A stretch of DNA of 64,000 bases from Gammaproteobacteria bacterium. GTDB taxonomy: Bacteria; Pseudomonadota; Gammaproteobacteria; Ga0077536. Within the stretch, counting starts at the first letter, position 1. Each line of letters starts with the position of its first letter. Position numbers and translations under genes: made by a program. Where the stretch lies: the NCBI GenBank assembly GCA_021773835.1, contig JAJFJQ010000035.1, positions 183,213-247,212 on the forward strand. Direction: 5' to 3'. A model generated the notes under the pieces. That model was given only the letters and a program-made list of their open reading frames with translations, did no database searches and was not told the origin of the DNA. This document shows, piece by piece, positions 62,012-64,000 of the stretch.

Positions 62012-62020
62012 AGTATGCCA
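62012..62020 (-). promoter_or_regulatory. Extended -10 element for def (probable leaderless start)
   Basis: Minus strand TG-G-CATACT, 6 nt, then ATG; no SD. Confidence 0.4.
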
Positions 62021-62158
62021 CTCGGGTGGACGCAGAATACTGATAAGACCCTGATTATTCAAATGGATTCCGTCTGTCGACGTCGAACAACAGTTTTATT
62101 TCGACAATCATAATTAATCTGCTAAACTACCTTAAGGAACGCACGTAAGGGTATTGAG

Positions 62159-63340
62159 ATGCCTACAAAAATTATAGTTTTACTTATCACGCTAATATGG
62201 CTCAGCCCAGCCGTTGGCGATGAAGTTTCGATCAATCCGGATAATCCTGGCAACTACACGGTCGTCAAAGGGGACACCCTATGGGATATTTCGGGTCGGT
62301 TTTTGACCTATCCCTGGCAATGGCCCGATATATGGCAGGTGAATCCGCAGATCGAAAATCCACATCTAATCTACCCAGGCGATCAAGTCTATTTGACTTA
62401 CAAGGATGGCCGGCCGATTTTGAACCTCGCCAGGGGTGGCCAATACGGTGGGCGGCGAGTCAAGTTGTCGCCGTCGGTTAGGGAATACAAGCATGACGAC
62501 GCGATTACGCCAATCCCGCTAGACGCGATCCGACCGTTTCTTTCGCGCCCACAGGTAATGGAGCTAGAGGACATAGAAAAGACGGGTTATGTCGTAGCCA
62601 GTGAGGATCTGCACCTCGCCAACGGCACTGGCAATCGCATCTACATCCGCAATCTCGACAATTTGACGACTGATAAGTATTCGATTTTCCGTATAGGCGG
62701 CGAATATCGCGATGGTGTCACCAACGAATTGTTGGGTCATGAGGCACTGCACATCGGTGACGTGGTGATCGAGCGCGGCGGTGATCCCGCAACTGCGCGA
62801 GTTGTCTACGCAAGCAAGGAAATATTGGCTGGCGACCGCTTGATGCCGCAACAAGAGGACGAATATCCCGACTTTATTCCCCGCGCCCCTGACGGCGGTG
62901 TCGACGGGCGGGTTATATCCGTCATCGATGGCGTTTCTCAAATCGGGCAATATGCGGTCGTCGTACTCGACCGCGGTGCGGCCGACGGCGTGCTTCCGGG
63001 CCATGTCTTGGCAATCTATCAGGCCGGCCCAGTAGTCGAAGACGAGCTGGCGTCGGCGATCGACGCTCAGGAGAAGTACGATGCTATTCAGCGCGCGCCA
63101 GAGTCCAGTACAGGCCTGAAGCACGTTAGCGACAGCATCGTCGCGAATGTCATGGCGGCAAAAAATTCACTCGACGAATTCCTCAACGAACCCAAAGGCG
63201 GGTTTCCCCAATTGGTGACGCTGCCTGATGAACGGGCAGGTGAACTAATGGTTTTTCGCTCTTTTGATAACGTCAGCTACGCGCTTGTCATGAATACGCA
63301 ACGCGCGGTGCATTTGTTGGATAAGGTGAAGAATCCCTAG
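62159..63340 (+). CDS. LysM domain protein (TsaP-like)
   Basis: Signal peptide, YTVVKGDTLWDIS..FL..PW.WP.IW..NPQI.NPHLIYPG and C-terminal LPDERAG.LMVFR.F...SYALVM; def/dprA context. Confidence 0.88.
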   Translation: MPTKIIVLLITLIWLSPAVGDEVSINPDNPGNYTVVKGDTLWDISGRFLTYPWQWPDIWQVNPQIENPHLIYPGDQVYLTYKDGRPILNLARGGQYGGRRVKLSPSVREYKHDDAITPIPLDAIRPFLSRPQVMELEDIEKTGYVVASEDLHLANGTGNRIYIRNLDNLTTDKYSIFRIGGEYRDGVTNELLGHEALHIGDVVIERGGDPATARVVYASKEILAGDRLMPQQEDEYPDFIPRAPDGGVDGRVISVIDGVSQIGQYAVVVLDRGAADGVLPGHVLAIYQAGPVVEDELASAIDAQEKYDAIQRAPESSTGLKHVSDSIVANVMAAKNSLDEFLNEPKGGFPQLVTLPDERAGELMVFRSFDNVSYALVMNTQRAVHLLDKVKNP

Positions 63341-63422
63341 ACCGGCGCAGACCGACCAAGAAACTTGATGTACAGCGCCCCGGTGGTGCACGCGATGGGG
63401 TTCGGCGCTATGATGGACGCCG

Positions 63423-64000
63423 ATGGACAAAGGACTGGACATCGCCGAACGTCGTTGCGTACTGGCTTTTCACGCCGCCGCTCCCGATAGTCGACGCAAG
63501 CTCGCGAAATTTGCGCGAGAATTCGTCTCCGCACGCTCGTCTGGGGAGTCGGTACCCCGTGTTGGTCGGCGGCTTGGTGGTTTAGCGAAGACACTAAAAA
63601 CCGAGTTGGATTGGGCAGCTGCCGATCGCGCCTTGCGTTGGGTTGAGTCGCCTCGGCGCCAAATCGTCACGATATTCGACCCAGATTATCCAGCGCTATT
63701 ACGTGAAATACCGGCGCCGCCAATTGTTCTATTCGCCCAGGGCAACTTCGGCATCATAGACAACCCTCAAATTGCAATGGTTGGGAGCCGTGCGGCGAGC
63801 CACTACGGATTGGACGCGGCGTTTCAGTTCGCCCGCATGTTGGGCGCGCGAGGTTTCACTATTACCAGTGGACTAGCCGCCGGGATTGATGGTTCGGCGC
63901 ACCGCGGTGCCTTATCCAATGGAAGTGCTACGGTTGCGGTTTACGGTTGTGGTATTGACCGCGTATACCCTCGGCGTCACCGAGAATTAGCCGAGGAAAT
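63423..64000 (+). CDS. dprA: DNA-processing protein DprA (partial, runs off right edge)
   Basis: Not in the ORF track. Manual translation from ATG 63423 gives DYPALLREIPAPPIVLFAQG, IAMVGSRAAS.YG, ITSGLAAGIDGSAHRGAL and AVYGCGIDRVYPRRH. Confidence 0.95.
   Translation, partial: MDKGLDIAERRCVLAFHAAAPDSRRKLAKFAREFVSARSSGESVPRVGRRLGGLAKTLKTELDWAAADRALRWVESPRRQIVTIFDPDYPALLREIPAPPIVLFAQGNFGIIDNPQIAMVGSRAASHYGLDAAFQFARMLGARGFTITSGLAAGIDGSAHRGALSNGSATVAVYGCGIDRVYPRRHRELAEE

Overview
This 64-kb window is dense, mostly core chromosome of a Gammaproteobacterium (inferred from conserved gene orders such as dapF-DUF484-xerC-hslVU-ubiEJB, def-lysM-dprA, rsmB-DUF4390-ntrYX-trkAH and purM/DUF2066-AI-2E-hda-wrbA-arsC). 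About 68 CDS are supported. I found no rRNA, tRNA, CRISPR array, transposase or prophage. The least ordinary stretch is 24.9-33.1 kb. There, a peptide-type ABC importer (lipoprotein binding protein plus two permeases) is linked to a signal-less YkuD enzyme and NagZ, suggesting an ABC-based peptidoglycan-recycling module. That module is interrupted by a five-gene ECF sigma cassette with an ECF-type promoter, a secreted 11-residue Arg/Asp repeat protein, a sigma factor that probably starts at CTG, an anti-sigma, a small acidic exported protein and a DUF3106 helical-repeat protein. Other oddities: a Psd homologue with all three catalytic-triad positions substituted next to pssA, an orphan MSHA-like pilin lacking the prepilin cleavage signature, an NtrX with a degenerate Walker B, and several apparently leaderless genes. 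All family assignments come from motif recognition without database searches.
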